Assembly: GCA_000002445.1 (NCBI GenBank) | Contig: CM000208.1 | Coordinates: 2,976,001-3,040,000 of the forward strand | Direction: 5' to 3' | From: Trypanosoma brucei | Taxonomy: Eukaryota | DNA: 64,000 nucleotides | Part shown: positions 20,554 to 33,371 of the stretch, piece after piece | How the letters are laid out: every line of letters starts with the position of its first letter | Numbering within the stretch: position 1 is the stretch's first letter | Translations under genes and position numbers: made by a program | Notes under the pieces: model-generated | The model's input: the letters and a program-made list of their open reading frames with translations, nothing else | Told to the model about the DNA's origin: nothing | Databases searched by the model: none

Positions 20554-23500
20554 TAAAAAAGTATGTAAATGACTGCTTGATATTCCCTGATCCATCTCGC
20601 GACTACTTCCCCCCTTCCTCTTTACCATTTTCGTCCTTTTTTTTTCTATTCGTTTTACACAACTTATTTTTTAAAAAAATTTTTTTTTAAAAATTAAGAG
20701 TCGTAAAGAAGACAAGCGAATATTAAAAGCACGAACATAACAACAGACGATTCACAAAATATTTTCTCCCTCCCGTTTTCGAAAAGTTGGGACACGAGGC
20801 CTAAACAACAACAACAAAAAAAAACATCATCGTTACAACGATGTTCCATGTGGCAAAAGGAAAACAAAAAAAAGAAGACAAAAACAAAAACAAAAAACAC
20901 AACCGCAACAATACCATGCGGAAGGGAAGATAGGAAAGTTCTTTTTTTTGAAATAATAGTAATAATAATAATTATTATTACTACTACTACTGCTACCATG
21001 GTGTCATCTCTGACATTTCTTGGCTTCCACATGGTATTGTTATAGTTGTTGTTGCAGTTGTGATATATATATATATATATATGTACCCATCTCAATTTAT
21101 TAAAATACAAGTCTAAAAAAAAATTATTATCGTTACTTCGTTTTGAACCTCACCCGTAATAAACCCTCCCCCACCACATTCTTTTCCGAGACGTACACCA
21201 CACCAAAACAAAAAACAAAAGACAAAAAACAAGAAGAAGAAGAGCATATCCACCCAACACTTACAAAATAAGAGAAGGGAGAAAAAAGAAGAAAGAAAAC
21301 AAAACAAAACAGAAGGAAAAAAATTCCCTTCGTAAAAATATGGAGTTATATTTATGTGCTTAAGGATGACCTTACGCAATTTCATTATAAAACAAATGCA
21401 ACAACGCATCCCTTTTTTTTTTTTTTTGCACTCTTTCTTCCACTTTGCTTTTTTAATTTTTTTACCGTACCACCTCTTTTACTACTTTTCCTGCAAATCC
21501 TATCTTTCTTTCTTTTCTTTTTTTTTTTAAATAAAAAACTTTTTGAAAACCTTTTCGCTTTCTCTTTCTCTTTCAATTTTATTTTTCTGTTTGCCACTGC
21601 TCCCATCACTTTTTTCTTTTTTACTTTTCTTTTCCCACGTTTGTATTTTCATCTTCTCACTTGAATGGAAACGGTTGCAAAAAAACATACACACGAACAT
21701 ATATATTATATTATATATATTATATATATAATTATATACTCAAAAAGTACAAATGTGTGTATATAGTATATATATATATATATTTATTTATTTATATATT
21801 GAAAGCGCAGCTCCCGCTATTGTAATTAAGGTAACGTCATGAGCTTATAGACAAGTGGAAAAGAGTTAATAAACGAATGAAGAGAACATAATTTTAGGAG
21901 ATGGAAACCATCATGCAGAAAATGACAAAACAGATAAAGAAAGAAAGAAAGAAAAGTAAGTAAAAAAAAAAGAGATGGTATGGATGGGGTGGTGGTGGTG
22001 AGAAATAAAACAACAGGAAGTAAAAGCAAAAAAAAAAAAATCAGGAGAAAATGAAGCGGTGGATGATCACAGGCGTGACTTGAGATCACACCCAAAATGA
22101 CACCGCCATATATACTTTCAACGACTGAATGGAGAAAAATAAAAAAGAAAATCAAGAAAAATAAAACCAATGCACAAATATATATATATATATATTTGCA
22201 TCACTCTTTTGTTTTGTTTACATCTGTCTCATGTGTACTTAAATACCCCAGCACGGTCTCTCGCACTTAATCAAACCTCCGACACGAATATGAAATATGT
22301 CAATAGATAATATCAGTTCTTCTTTTTGCTACACATCCGATTTCCACCTTCCCTTTTTCTCTTTTTTTTCTTTCTTTCTTTCTTTCTCTCTCTCTCTCGT
22401 TACACCAAACCCTCACATAATCCAAAACCACACAATAAAATAGAAAAAAGAAGAAGAAGGGAGAAACTAAAAAAAAAAAACAACAACCGAACAACAACAA
22501 CACCAACAAATAGAGGGTGCGTGTGTGGAAGAGAGAAAAGAGGGAGAGAGGAAATGGGGGAAAAAAAAGATTAACCATCAACGTTTCCAGATATATCTCT
22601 CTCTTTTTTTTTTTCCTTCTCCCTTTTTATTTTGATTTTTGTGCGCGTAGTCACTTAATATATGGTTTTCAGAAAAGCAAAAAAAAACAAAACAAAAAAC
22701 AACAACAACAGCAGACAACAAAAGAAGAAGAAAAATAAAAAAACAAAATCAAAAGGCACACATATCGTGCAAAAAAAAAAAAGAAACCCTTATAGAACAT
22801 CATATTCCCTTTCCTTATGCCACCACACCGTCACCTTCCCCCATCTGCATCTGCCTCCACCTCCGCCAATTAAAAAAAAAAAAGCAAAAACCAAAACCAA
22901 AACCAAAAACAACAAAAGACCATAAACGAAAAGTAAAATGAAATAAAGACTATAAATAAGACGAGACAAGAATAAAACAACAGGAGTGGCACCGGCAGCA
23001 TTACAAGTAAATATGAAATGGAGGGAAGGGGAGAGGGGTAAAATAAAAAAAAAAAAGGAAGGGACGCTCACGAAGGAGGGTTGGAGTTTGGATCTGGGAA
23101 TGATGTACTCTACAAACCAAAAACAACAACAACAACAACAACAACAACACACCACACGGAAATCATATGTGTAGTCGTCTCCACGTATTTAAACAGACGT
23201 GAAGAAGAAGAAGAGGGATTGAGGGATTGGTAAGAAGGGTTGCCCTCCCATCGACGCGCTGTTAAAATTAGAAGGACTTTAAAATCTCTCTTTTCTTTTC
23301 TTTTCTTTTCCTTTCTCTCTCTCTCTCTCTTTTGTTCTTATTTATTTATTTTTGCTTATTGTTCTGCTCCTACATATTAGCTCAATCACACACAGATATG
23401 TAAATAAATAAACGAATACACTAGTACATATATACATTCATATATATATGAATGTATATATGTATACCCTGCTCATTTCATTTTATTTTCTTTAAACCGT

Positions 23501-25635
23501 CAGCTTCAGCATTCTCAGTTACTCACGCATTCTTTATTTACTTCTCCTTGTTTTCATTGCGCTTGCGTTTGTATGTGGGATGAAAAGAATATAACAACAA
23601 TAACAATATTAATGGTAATAACACGTCCCAATAAACCACAACCAAAAACCAGTAAGCAAAATACAAATGGGAAAGGGGTGGAAAGAAAAAAAAGAAAACA
23701 CATTCGTTACAACAAACAGACGCACAAACTCGGAGTGTATGCACACCAAATGAAGCAAACTCAACGTAAAAGTCATACCGACCGAACAGCTGAAATAACA
23801 AACAAATCATCACACATTTGAAGTCAAATCAAAAACTAACGGCATCCATGAGCTTTTTTGCCCTTCCGCTCACAGTGTAGTGAGGAAACAAAAAAAAAAC
23901 AGGTAAGGGCACAACTGCATCATAGAAGTGAAGTGAAGTGAAGTGATGAGAGAAAGTTATAAAATATCTCTGCACTTCCCTCTCTGCCTACGTTCGTGAT
24001 CGGTGCAAGCGGAGTTTCGCAAACAAAATCAAAAAAAAACATAAAGTCAAAACAACACATTCAAAATGCACTCCCCTCCACTTTTTCTCTTTATTTCCTC
24101 CGGTTTTTATTTCATTCTGGTCACACATCCCAGTCTGTCACATCACATCACATTTCATTTGCCCCTTCGCTTATTATTTTTATTATATTTCCTCACCTAC
24201 ATTTTCCTCTTCTTTTTTTCTCATTAGTTATGTTTCTTTTTTTTTTTTCCTTGCTGTCTTCTACTTTTTCCATTCGCAGTGAAAGTAGTTTCCCCACTGA
24301 CGTATTTTTATTTTCTTTTCTTAATATAAGTATACCTATCATTAGGTATTTTGTCTGAACAAATATATATATATATATAACCGTACATATCCATACATAT
24401 ATATATATATATTTATTTATAAATTTTCTCTTACTTACATTTAGACAAAGTGGAAAATATCCCTCCCTCTCTCTTTTCTTATATTTGTTTTTGAGGTTCA
24501 CTCTTCGCCTATTATAATCACTGTTATATTTTTTGTTTTGTTTTTACCTACGTATCATGCGTGCCGACGGCAATGTGTAAAAAGGAAGGAAGTGAAAGGG
24601 GGGGGGGAATGATGGGCTTGAAAAATTTTTAGTTTTTCTTCTCATTTATTTATTTTTATCTTATTTATTTTTGTATTTTCCGGCTCACAGTTTCTTTTCC
24701 TTTGTAATTTTTCTTGAGCATGTGGCAGTAGTAGACATCGACCACGGGTTAAGTTTGTTCACACAATCACAAATGAAAGAAACTAAAAGAAACAGGAAAA
24801 AAAAACACCAATAATAATAATAATGGTAATAGTAATAACAAGCGAAAGACATAACTCGATTCTTTTGTAATTTCTTTTCCTTTTTTGCTTTTTCTCCACA
24901 CAGACACAGAACAACAGCTGCAACGACAATCATATCCACACACACACACACAAACAAACAAACACATAATATAAACAGTTGAAAGCAGGCACCAATGCCA
25001 TGCAGAAGGATGGAAAATGAAGATGGAATTGGGGTAATTAACTAAATAAGGATCACAAAACAAACAAAGACGCACACACAAACACATAAAGAAAGGAAAA
25101 AAAACAAAAGGAATATAACGGAGGTGTGGGAAGGAAAACATTAACGGGGTGGAGAGCCAAAAGTACATATAAATGAATGGACCCATATTCCTCTTTCTGT
25201 TTCTCCTTCCTTTCCCTCCGAGTTCAAAATGAGATTTTGGTGACTCATATATATATATATATATATTCTTTACATTTTTACCTTCATTTTCATCATGATG
25301 CGCGGAAAATAACATTAAAGGAAAACGGAAAGAAATGTATATACTCACACGCAAACTCATCTGGACGTAAACGTACGTGAAGGCGTCTTTTTTTTCCTTT
25401 TTCTTTTTTTAAATAAAGGAGGGGGCCCTTAGTTGGAAGTTTGTCTTCTCCCTTCTAATACCTGAAAACTTTACCTTTAAAGCCAACGTGCATTTCGAAA
25501 ACAGCTATCACAGCAATATTAAAGGGAGAAAAAAAAACAAATGAAGCAACGACAACAATAACAACACGTCCCCCCACTAACAAACAAACATCCGCGTAGA
25601 TAAACGCTAACACCTGCATGACGCTCCTCTACCGC

Positions 25636-28203
25636 CTACAGCGTTGGCATGCAGGAGTAAAAACTCTGAGCCCCACCTCGGTAGAAAACCCTTGGGGCTA
25701 AAGTTGCGGGATACGCCTGAAACGGATGTGCAAAACCATCAGAAGGTGTGGGACTCATAATTTCCCCACGACCCCGCGTGTACACGAGCCCTGCCGAGTA
25801 CATGTCCCGCCCATCCGACATTGAGCGTTGAGGTGGAGACATCATGCCTGGGAAACATGCCTGACTACTGATTGCCAGGCCGGGTGTGCCCATGGGAAGT
25901 TGTTGTGGTTGCTGCGGCGGCGGCGGCGGCGCACGCGTCATAATCATCGTGTCGGTTGGGGAACCGATATAACCGTAACCGCAGTGTGCACCACCAGTTG
26001 TTGCAAGTGGGAGCATAGGTTGACCACCAAGCGCAACAGCACCTGGAGAAGGTTGCGGATATGTATTGCCAGGGATCATCGAGTGTTCTACCAAACTCAT
26101 GGAGTTACTGTGTATCCCCTGCGTGTTACTCATGCTGCTGTGGCCCGTCGAACTTTGTCTTGGTTTCCGACTTCCTCCGCGACCCATACTACTCGGAGAA
26201 TGTGAACCATTAAAGTCACAGGGGAAACTTCCACCATACACAGCACCCGCCTCTCCCCACAGTGGCATGCCCATGCACTCCATTTTCTGTACAAGGTGCT
26301 GTCCATATACAGAGCAACGTATGGTGTGGAGGTGCGGCCTTATCTGCTCCGCAATGTGCTGCTGCTGTGCCTTTGTCACTTGCTGGAGTAAACGTTGGAC
26401 GACATAGTTTGCGTACTGATCCTGCATCATAAGCACGAGGTAGTTGCCATCTTCTGAAGCACCTAAAGGATGGGTGAGCGTCTCTACAACTTGCTGCAGT
26501 TCTTCTGCATTTGCCTTGATAATAGTTTTTTCGGCAACATTAGACGCAAATTTGCTACACGAAAGGGCATATACGTGCGGTATTAACTGAGTCACGAAGC
26601 GTTGTCGTAATTCCTCAGGCGCATTCAAAAGAGCATACTGCACAACATAATTTCCATACTGGTCCATCACGTACTCATGTACATTCTCGAGCACGGCTTC
26701 TAACATGGGGCGAATGTTCACTCCATGTGCTGTAGAACACCTCTCGAAAACGCACTGCAACACACGGCAACCGTACGGGTGACGCGAAAGCGCCTTTAAG
26801 TGCGGCATGAAGGAGTCCACCAACAGCTGCGTCTTCTCTGGGATGACTTCAATGAGTTTCTGGGCTACGTGGTTAGCGTTTTGGTCAAATATACATTCTA
26901 CAAGGCAATCCTTTAGCTCGAAGAGCACCTCCTCCCGCTTCTCCGGTGAGGCCTTTTCCAACATCTTCTGGATTACGCGGCAGCCGTACATCTGAAACGA
27001 GTACTCCTTTAACCTTCCGCTAACTTGCTTTATGAGTCGTTTGCACATGTCACTCTCAGTAGGTAGCATGTCCAACAACTTCTGTAAAACATAATTTCCA
27101 AATACGTCAATGATCAATTCATGTGTACGTGGAAACACCTCGTTGAAGATCGGTTCGATGTTCTCCGGATTATTTAGGAGACGTTGTACACAGCGGCTTC
27201 CGTCCTGATCCTTGCAAAGGGAAACAACCTGCAACCTGAATTCGTCAGAGACAGCAAGGGCATGATTCGATTCAAGATTATCGCGTGCTGTTGTCGGTTC
27301 TTCGTTTGTGAACCTGTCACCACCAACTTCACCGTTACTAGGCTGCTTAAATGCACCGTTCTTTTGTCCATAGTTTGACGTAGAACGGTTCCTGCTGCTG
27401 CCTGGTGCCCGTCGTGAGAGTGTATCAACTTGCTGAGGCTGCTGCCCACTGGATGTGTCCTGTTGCGTCAACGAGCCGTTTTGCATTCCTTCGCCGTTGG
27501 CTTTCATATTCGCGAGGTCAACAGCACCAACGTTTACACTAAAAGAACCGCTACTACCGGGTGCTGCGGAGGGTGGCTCGAGGGAGCCCATGGCCGAATG
27601 AAGCCGCTTGAAACCTTCCGTCTCCCCTCCTGTGGGAGCGGCGTCCCGCGACCCCCTCCGCGGCGGTGAGGCGCTCCCGCTGTTCAGCCTCGCCACTTCG
27701 CCGCAGAGGTCATGCCTTGGCGTGCGCTCTCCTACTGAAGTTCCTACTGCTGTGGAGCCCGTCACTTTAGTTGTGCCGCTGTCACCGACAACTCCGACAC
27801 CGTCTTGCGGTTGTGTGTTGGTGGCGGAGGTGCCACGTCTTCCTGCACCACTGCCACGTCTTCCGAAGTTATTGGAGCGTAGCGGAACAAGCATGCGCGG
27901 GTCACGGGGGTATTTGGAGTAATATTCCCGGTGATATTCCTCTGCATATCGGTACTCCTCCTCCGGGGGAACGTCCGCCTCAAGGCTACCAATACAAAGC
28001 GTCCCATCGGATGAAAACATGGTGAGAACCATAGGCGCCGTTTCAGCCCGCCGCACGTCACGCGGGTCGGCAAGTAAAGCCCCGCTGCCACTGAATATAT
28101 CGTCGGCTCCAGCAAGCCAATCTGCTTCACCGCTGCCTGGTGGCGTGTTTGATGAGACGGGTTCGTCCCAACCAGACATGTTTCGTGCTGCAATCCGTTT
28201 CAA
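25636..28203 (-). CDS. Pumilio/PUF-family RNA-binding protein (855 aa) with 8 Puf repeats and S/G/Q-rich flanks.
   Basis: Eight repeat cores are readable: FGNYVLQKLL, YGCRVIQKML, DQNANHVAQKLIE, PYGCRVLQCVFE, DQYGNYVVQYAL, KFASNVAEKTI, DQYANYVVQRLL, YGQHLVQKM. Confidence 0.8.
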   Translation of the reverse strand: MKRIAARNMSGWDEPVSSNTPPGSGEADWLAGADDIFSGSGALLADPRDVRRAETAPMVLTMFSSDGTLCIGSLEADVPPEEEYRYAEEYHREYYSKYPRDPRMLVPLRSNNFGRRGSGAGRRGTSATNTQPQDGVGVVGDSGTTKVTGSTAVGTSVGERTPRHDLCGEVARLNSGSASPPRRGSRDAAPTGGETEGFKRLHSAMGSLEPPSAAPGSSGSFSVNVGAVDLANMKANGEGMQNGSLTQQDTSSGQQPQQVDTLSRRAPGSSRNRSTSNYGQKNGAFKQPSNGEVGGDRFTNEEPTTARDNLESNHALAVSDEFRLQVVSLCKDQDGSRCVQRLLNNPENIEPIFNEVFPRTHELIIDVFGNYVLQKLLDMLPTESDMCKRLIKQVSGRLKEYSFQMYGCRVIQKMLEKASPEKREEVLFELKDCLVECIFDQNANHVAQKLIEVIPEKTQLLVDSFMPHLKALSRHPYGCRVLQCVFERCSTAHGVNIRPMLEAVLENVHEYVMDQYGNYVVQYALLNAPEELRQRFVTQLIPHVYALSCSKFASNVAEKTIIKANAEELQQVVETLTHPLGASEDGNYLVLMMQDQYANYVVQRLLQQVTKAQQQHIAEQIRPHLHTIRCSVYGQHLVQKMECMGMPLWGEAGAVYGGSFPCDFNGSHSPSSMGRGGSRKPRQSSTGHSSMSNTQGIHSNSMSLVEHSMIPGNTYPQPSPGAVALGGQPMLPLATTGGAHCGYGYIGSPTDTMIMTRAPPPPPQQPQQLPMGTPGLAISSQACFPGMMSPPQRSMSDGRDMYSAGLVYTRGRGEIMSPTPSDGFAHPFQAYPATLAPRVFYRGGAQSFYSCMPTL

Positions 28204-30982
28204 ACGTTCGTATCACTTTACGTAATCTCCCCACTTCGGTATTTCGTAAGATGTTTTTCTTTAGGTACCCCCTCCCCTTCCAATATCGTCTTGTTATGCG
28301 TTATAGGAACAGTTTCCGTCTCGGTGTTTGTTCTCACCTTTTCCCTTCTTTTGTTTCCCACCCTTTAATTTTCTAGGCGTTGGCTCCCCTCTGCCCCTTT
28401 CCCCCTTCGCTTTCGTTCGCCCGCTTCTCCTATATATACCCTGCACCCGAAGGAGTAACAACGGGGTCTTTGTCCCTCAACCTGCCTTTCGTCCCCCCCT
28501 CCTTTACTGTGTGGTAGCAACGCTAACGTACTTTTGTCGACTATTAATAATTATTTTTGCTTTGCCTGTTTTCTTTTCCCCTTCTCCCTCCTATGCACCT
28601 ATTTGAACGGCTCGCTGTATGTTTAATCGAGCGCGCACGAAGAGAAGGATGAGATAATAGCGATAGTAGTAAACAAGATCCAAGCCAATGCAGCATATAT
28701 ATATATATATATATATATAAAGAGGCGTTTACGACACTGCAATCCCCTCCCTTTCGCCATTTTTTTTTTGCATTCAGGATAGGCTGAAACTCCCATTGAA
28801 TTCACGCATGCACGCGACACACACACGAAAAAAAAAAATGAAATAAAAAAGAAAAGATTACTGGATCGCATGTATAATTAAAGAAATTACAGATCTCACA
28901 TCCTTTCTCGCTCACACACTCTCACATTGCTCTTTTCACTTCATCAACGGAGAGAACCGAACATCCGCATTCTGAGTTGTATTCCACCATTCACTGTTGC
29001 GATTGTAAGTGGGTGACGGTGGCACGCTTTCTCAAAAAAAAAAAATAATAATAATAAAATAATAATAATAATAATAATAATAAATAATAGCAACAACAAA
29101 GAAGTTGGAATTCCGTCTCCCCCCAAAAAAAATTCTTCCTCACTACCCCCTTGCCTCCGGTATAGAAAATTTCACACTCTCAAAAGATTATGGACAAATG
29201 AACACAATACAAGAGCACCTCTTCCTGTTAGTTCTCGCTTGGTTTCTACATGCAGTATTTTTTTTTTAAAAAAAAAAATGGGACGCCGCTATCGGTCACA
29301 GCAACAGGTGTAGACACAAGATGCGATTCGATATGCGGAAGGGTGAATCATGGTTTCTCATTTATCTTTTCATATCTTCTCGCGTGGCATGTTGTTAAAT
29401 AGTTTTTCCGTATTCGTCTTCACCATCCTTCAAAGTTATTCGCGAGAGAAAGCGAAACCTCTCAAAGAGAATAAGGAAAGACAGTGAATAGAAAGTTAAT
29501 ATAACAACACGCTATGTGTGTATGTGTGTGTGTGTGGGAGGGTGATACGAGGTAAAAACAAAAATGGTAAGGGCCATTTGTGAAGTGGCAACACGTTTTG
29601 GATTGCGTGCTTACACCGTATCCTCTCATTTTTACCACACAGCGATGTTAGCAACTCATGAACAGGAAGCAACAGCAACGAAGAAAAAAAAAAGTTACAA
29701 AAAAAAAAGGAAATTTCCCGCCCACCCCACCCTCTGCACTTCAGTTTTGCGACATCCCGCTTACATCCATCGGATCTCAGATGTACTGAAATGCTCAACG
29801 AACACCACCGGCTCTTGATTTGAATGGGAAGGTGCGGCAAGGCTGAAAAAGCAAACAAACAAACAACAGAAACTCAAGAAAGAAAAATGATAAACACACA
29901 CCTTCTGCCTTTCTTCACATACTGGTTTCAACATTCCTCAACTTACTCTTTTTTAAACCGGCAACGTGTATCAGCGACAAGAACAGGAAACCGGGACTTG
30001 AACAAAACACGGTAATGCCTGATTCGTAATGGTGTGGTTGATTATTCGTATATATGGATGCCTTCTTTTTTTTTTTTTTGAGGGGGATCCACAGTTTTCC
30101 CTTTTTGTGTTTTAGTATACCGAAATCCCACTTTCCTTCGAAATATTTTATTCTTTTAATATAATAAAGGTACAATAATGATGACATAACCAAAAATCAT
30201 GCCATCATCGTTTTACTCCCGGTTGCCCGCCATCCCAGAAGGGGGAAAAAGCGGTGAATGACCGACGTGAAGACTGTTTAAGTGAATCTACCGAAGATCA
30301 GCACGGGAGGAGATGTTCGACAATCCCAAAAAAAGCAGTTCCTCCTCTCCTCCCATTTCCCAATTTCTTATTTATTCCCTTCTAATTTTTCTCCTCATTC
30401 CCTTTCCTGACAGTTACGAGTCTCTAATGTTTATACACATAACATTCTGCTTAAAAAAGCTTCCGAATTTACAACAACCCACGTGACAGGCGTCTGCTTG
30501 GTAGATTTGGCGAGCATTATTCATTTCATTTTTTAAAAAAAACTCCTGAACGCATGAAAAGTCGTTTTCGCATTTGTGACACATGCTAAGACACCAGAGA
30601 AGAAAAACAAACAAACAAGCGCGCGCACACATACATACATACATACATACACAAACAAACAGACATCGCTCCCAAATATATCTGAGTGTGTGTGTGTGCT
30701 GGGTGCGCAAGCCGTGTCCAGCGCAAAACCAGCCACAACGAAACAAGGGCAGAAATAACGAGAACGAAAAATAAAGAAATCCTGTTAAGTGCGCGCTTAA
30801 AAAAGAAGAGGAAGGAAGAACAACAAGGCATGTTCATATATATATATATATATATATATTTACAGATATCGCACATCAACGCCCTTCTAAATTTATCATG
30901 TTCTCATTCTTGCCCACTTCCTACAGTGTTATGCGCTTCCCTCCCCTTCCTTCGGAAGCGGATTTTGGTAGCAATGTGCTGC

Positions 30983-32593
30983 CTATATGGACGGACGGAC
31001 GACCTGACCGGTGTGCAGCTCACTTCGTGGTTTGCGCATTTGTGTATAAAAACTCTGGAAATAACGCTGCCGTTGAGTTCGGTACCTGCTGTCTATTGCA
31101 CTTTGCGTACGCTGCAGCCGCAACGCACTCCCATAGTGGGAAAACCGCGTTTCCGAAGTGACTCGTTCCACCGGGTGTCTCTCGCTCGCAGACTCCTCAT
31201 GGACTGAGTCACACAATCTCATGCACGGAGAGTTAAGAGGTGACAAACCACCCCAAATATTGGATGTACTCGCGCGACTGCGCTCTGTAGCCGCGTACGA
31301 CTGGGGCTGATATTTTGAGGCGGAAAATAAGCGTGCAAAGACGTTTTCCTTCCCGGAGGGGCTCTTTGGTGCGGCAGTGGCCGCATCTCTGGTAATTGCC
31401 TGCTGCTCTTGATGCCCCGACTCCGACACGCCCTTTGCAGTTTTCTTCGATTCTCTTTGCCTTTGCTGGGGTTGTTTTTCATCGTTTCCAAATCCACGGT
31501 TGTGTTGTTCATCATGACCCATCTGTAACGGTGCGACCAGTTCACCATTACGGGTGCTTATTGGCTTCTGTGCACATTGGCGTGCAGCCGCTATGCCGCC
31601 GACTGGGGAGTGCGTTCGCCCTTCTCTCGTTAGGCGCCTCAAAGCGGCACCACCGCCGCGGCGGACTGCATCCGGCGATGTTCTCATTTTCTCTAATTCT
31701 CCCACGCATCTCAATTGATTTGGATGCACAATATAAGTTTGAAGACGTTCATCCCAAGCGGAGCAAGTGGATTGGTTGAATTGCTTCGATGGTCCTTGCG
31801 CCGTAACCGTTGGAACGGTGGTCACTGACATTGTAAGGGGGGAGCCTGTGGCATTGAGTTGCGTGTAGTGGTCACCCATGGCTTTGCTCGTTACATGTGT
31901 GTTGCTCATTGTGTTGACGGCCACTTCGGTGAGTGGTTGCTTGGCGATTTGATGCCCATGGGACTTTGGTGACGGCATTCGAATAGAGGGCGAAACAGAG
32001 CGGCTGTGGGCCGCAGTGCTTTCGCAATCGGTCAAAAGTGCCGAATTCCAAATGGTTTGTTGCATCGAGAGAAGAGGCGGTGCCACTTCTGCGGAAGAAA
32101 GTGATTCTTTGCTGTTGCTACTGCCACAGAATACCGCCGTGCTGCCTGCATCCCACTCGTTTGACCTAGCAGCTTCCACTGAACTATTATCCAACCCTGT
32201 TATAATGATAGGGAGGAGCGATGACGCTGACTTTGTCTTGCTCCTTTTTGGTGAGTCCTTCCCGTTGTACGCCCCAAGGAGAAACGCTATCGCCTCATCG
32301 GCTGATTGACCCTCAAACACCATTCGCAGTGCGGTACAGCGATCTTCAGCTGTTGAGTTCACCATAGCTTTTATTTCTGACTCGGACAAGGAACACTTGG
32401 AACGCGAAAGCATCGCTTGAATAGAAGCAGGAATACGTTGGTCTATCCTCTCCCCATCTCCGCCGCGACTCTCGTGGCTAACAGAAGAAGTTGCTGAAGG
32501 TTCGGCCTTCTTCTTGGGTTTCTTGCGCTGCGCATTGCCTTGGGCATGGTTGCTCGTGGGCACGTTCACCGTTTTCCTTACACTTATCATCAT
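30983..32593 (-). CDS. Hypothetical Ser-rich protein (536 aa) with an N-terminal UBA/CUE-like helical segment. No enzymatic motif was recognised.
   Basis: Long minus-strand ORF. Segment IQAMLSRSKCSLSESEIKAMVNSTAEDRCTALRMVFEGQSADEAIAFLLGAY resembles ubiquitin-binding UBA/CUE helices. The remainder is low-complexity S/T/A/Q-rich. Confidence 0.45.
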   Translation of the reverse strand: MMISVRKTVNVPTSNHAQGNAQRKKPKKKAEPSATSSVSHESRGGDGERIDQRIPASIQAMLSRSKCSLSESEIKAMVNSTAEDRCTALRMVFEGQSADEAIAFLLGAYNGKDSPKRSKTKSASSLLPIIITGLDNSSVEAARSNEWDAGSTAVFCGSSNSKESLSSAEVAPPLLSMQQTIWNSALLTDCESTAAHSRSVSPSIRMPSPKSHGHQIAKQPLTEVAVNTMSNTHVTSKAMGDHYTQLNATGSPLTMSVTTVPTVTAQGPSKQFNQSTCSAWDERLQTYIVHPNQLRCVGELEKMRTSPDAVRRGGGAALRRLTREGRTHSPVGGIAAARQCAQKPISTRNGELVAPLQMGHDEQHNRGFGNDEKQPQQRQRESKKTAKGVSESGHQEQQAITRDAATAAPKSPSGKENVFARLFSASKYQPQSYAATERSRASTSNIWGGLSPLNSPCMRLCDSVHEESASERHPVERVTSETRFSHYGSALRLQRTQSAIDSRYRTQRQRYFQSFYTQMRKPRSELHTGQVVRPSI

Positions 32594-32858
32594 GATCCGG
32601 ACGAGTGCTGCCTAACTACGCGGAAGAACATACATTATCGAAGGCAGATCATCAAAAAACGAAAAAAAACGAAGAAAGAGGTTAAACGTTGAGGAAATTT
32701 GGAGGAAATGAGTAAAACAACGGTAGTTTGCTGAGCAGCAGTGTGCAGAGATAGCGCAAGTGATGTCCAACAAATTTAAATAAGTAAAAGAATCAAAACA
32801 TGGAGAGCCCGGATGCATTACTATAACCTATACGTGGTCAATGGAGCTTCAGGTGCGA

Positions 32859-33371
32859 TCACTTCTTCAGCTTCGCACCAACAGGGGCCTTACCAGCCTT
32901 CCTTTTGGGTGCTTCCTTCTTCGCGACGAGGGACTTGGTGCCGACCTTCGCTGCTACCTTCTTTGCCACGGCAGCCACCTTCTCTTCCTTGCTCTTCCTC
33001 TTGGCGGCGCGGCGCTTCTTTTCCTTCTGGACCTTCGCGTGTGCCTTCAGTGCCCGCTTCACGATGCGCTGCTCCTCAATGAGGAAGGCACGGACGATGC
33101 GGTCGCGTACCTGTTCGTGGCTCAACACACCACCGTATGGGCGCGAAGTCGTCTTCTGATGACGTGGGGCGAGACGCGCCTTTGTGTGGCGCAACGCCTT
33201 CGTGCCAGCGAGACGTTTGTGGCCAAGTACCCACGGAGTGTGTGGGCCCTGCGACCGCTTACCGCGCTTCTGCATCACGAGACGGTTTCCGGGTGTTCGC
33301 ACTAGGCGCATGCGGTTGCCACGCGTGGCGTAATGCATGCGCCGACGGTATTGCACACGGGGGCAAGACAT
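32859..33371 (-). CDS. RPL34: 60S ribosomal protein eL34 (170 aa) with a Lys/Ala-rich C-terminal extension.
   Basis: MSCPRVQYRRRMHYATRGNRMRLVRTPGNRLV...RPYGGVLSHEQVRDRIVRAFLIEEQRIVKRALKAHA matches the eL34 family (recalled consensus MVQRLTYRRR...TPGNR...RAYGG...VRDRIKRAFLIEEQKIV). I verified the ATG at 33369-33371 by hand. The ORF tracker's extension to 33560 is 5'UTR read-through. Confidence 0.85.
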   Translation of the reverse strand: MSCPRVQYRRRMHYATRGNRMRLVRTPGNRLVMQKRGKRSQGPHTPWVLGHKRLAGTKALRHTKARLAPRHQKTTSRPYGGVLSHEQVRDRIVRAFLIEEQRIVKRALKAHAKVQKEKKRRAAKRKSKEEKVAAVAKKVAAKVGTKSLVAKKEAPKRKAGKAPVGAKLKK

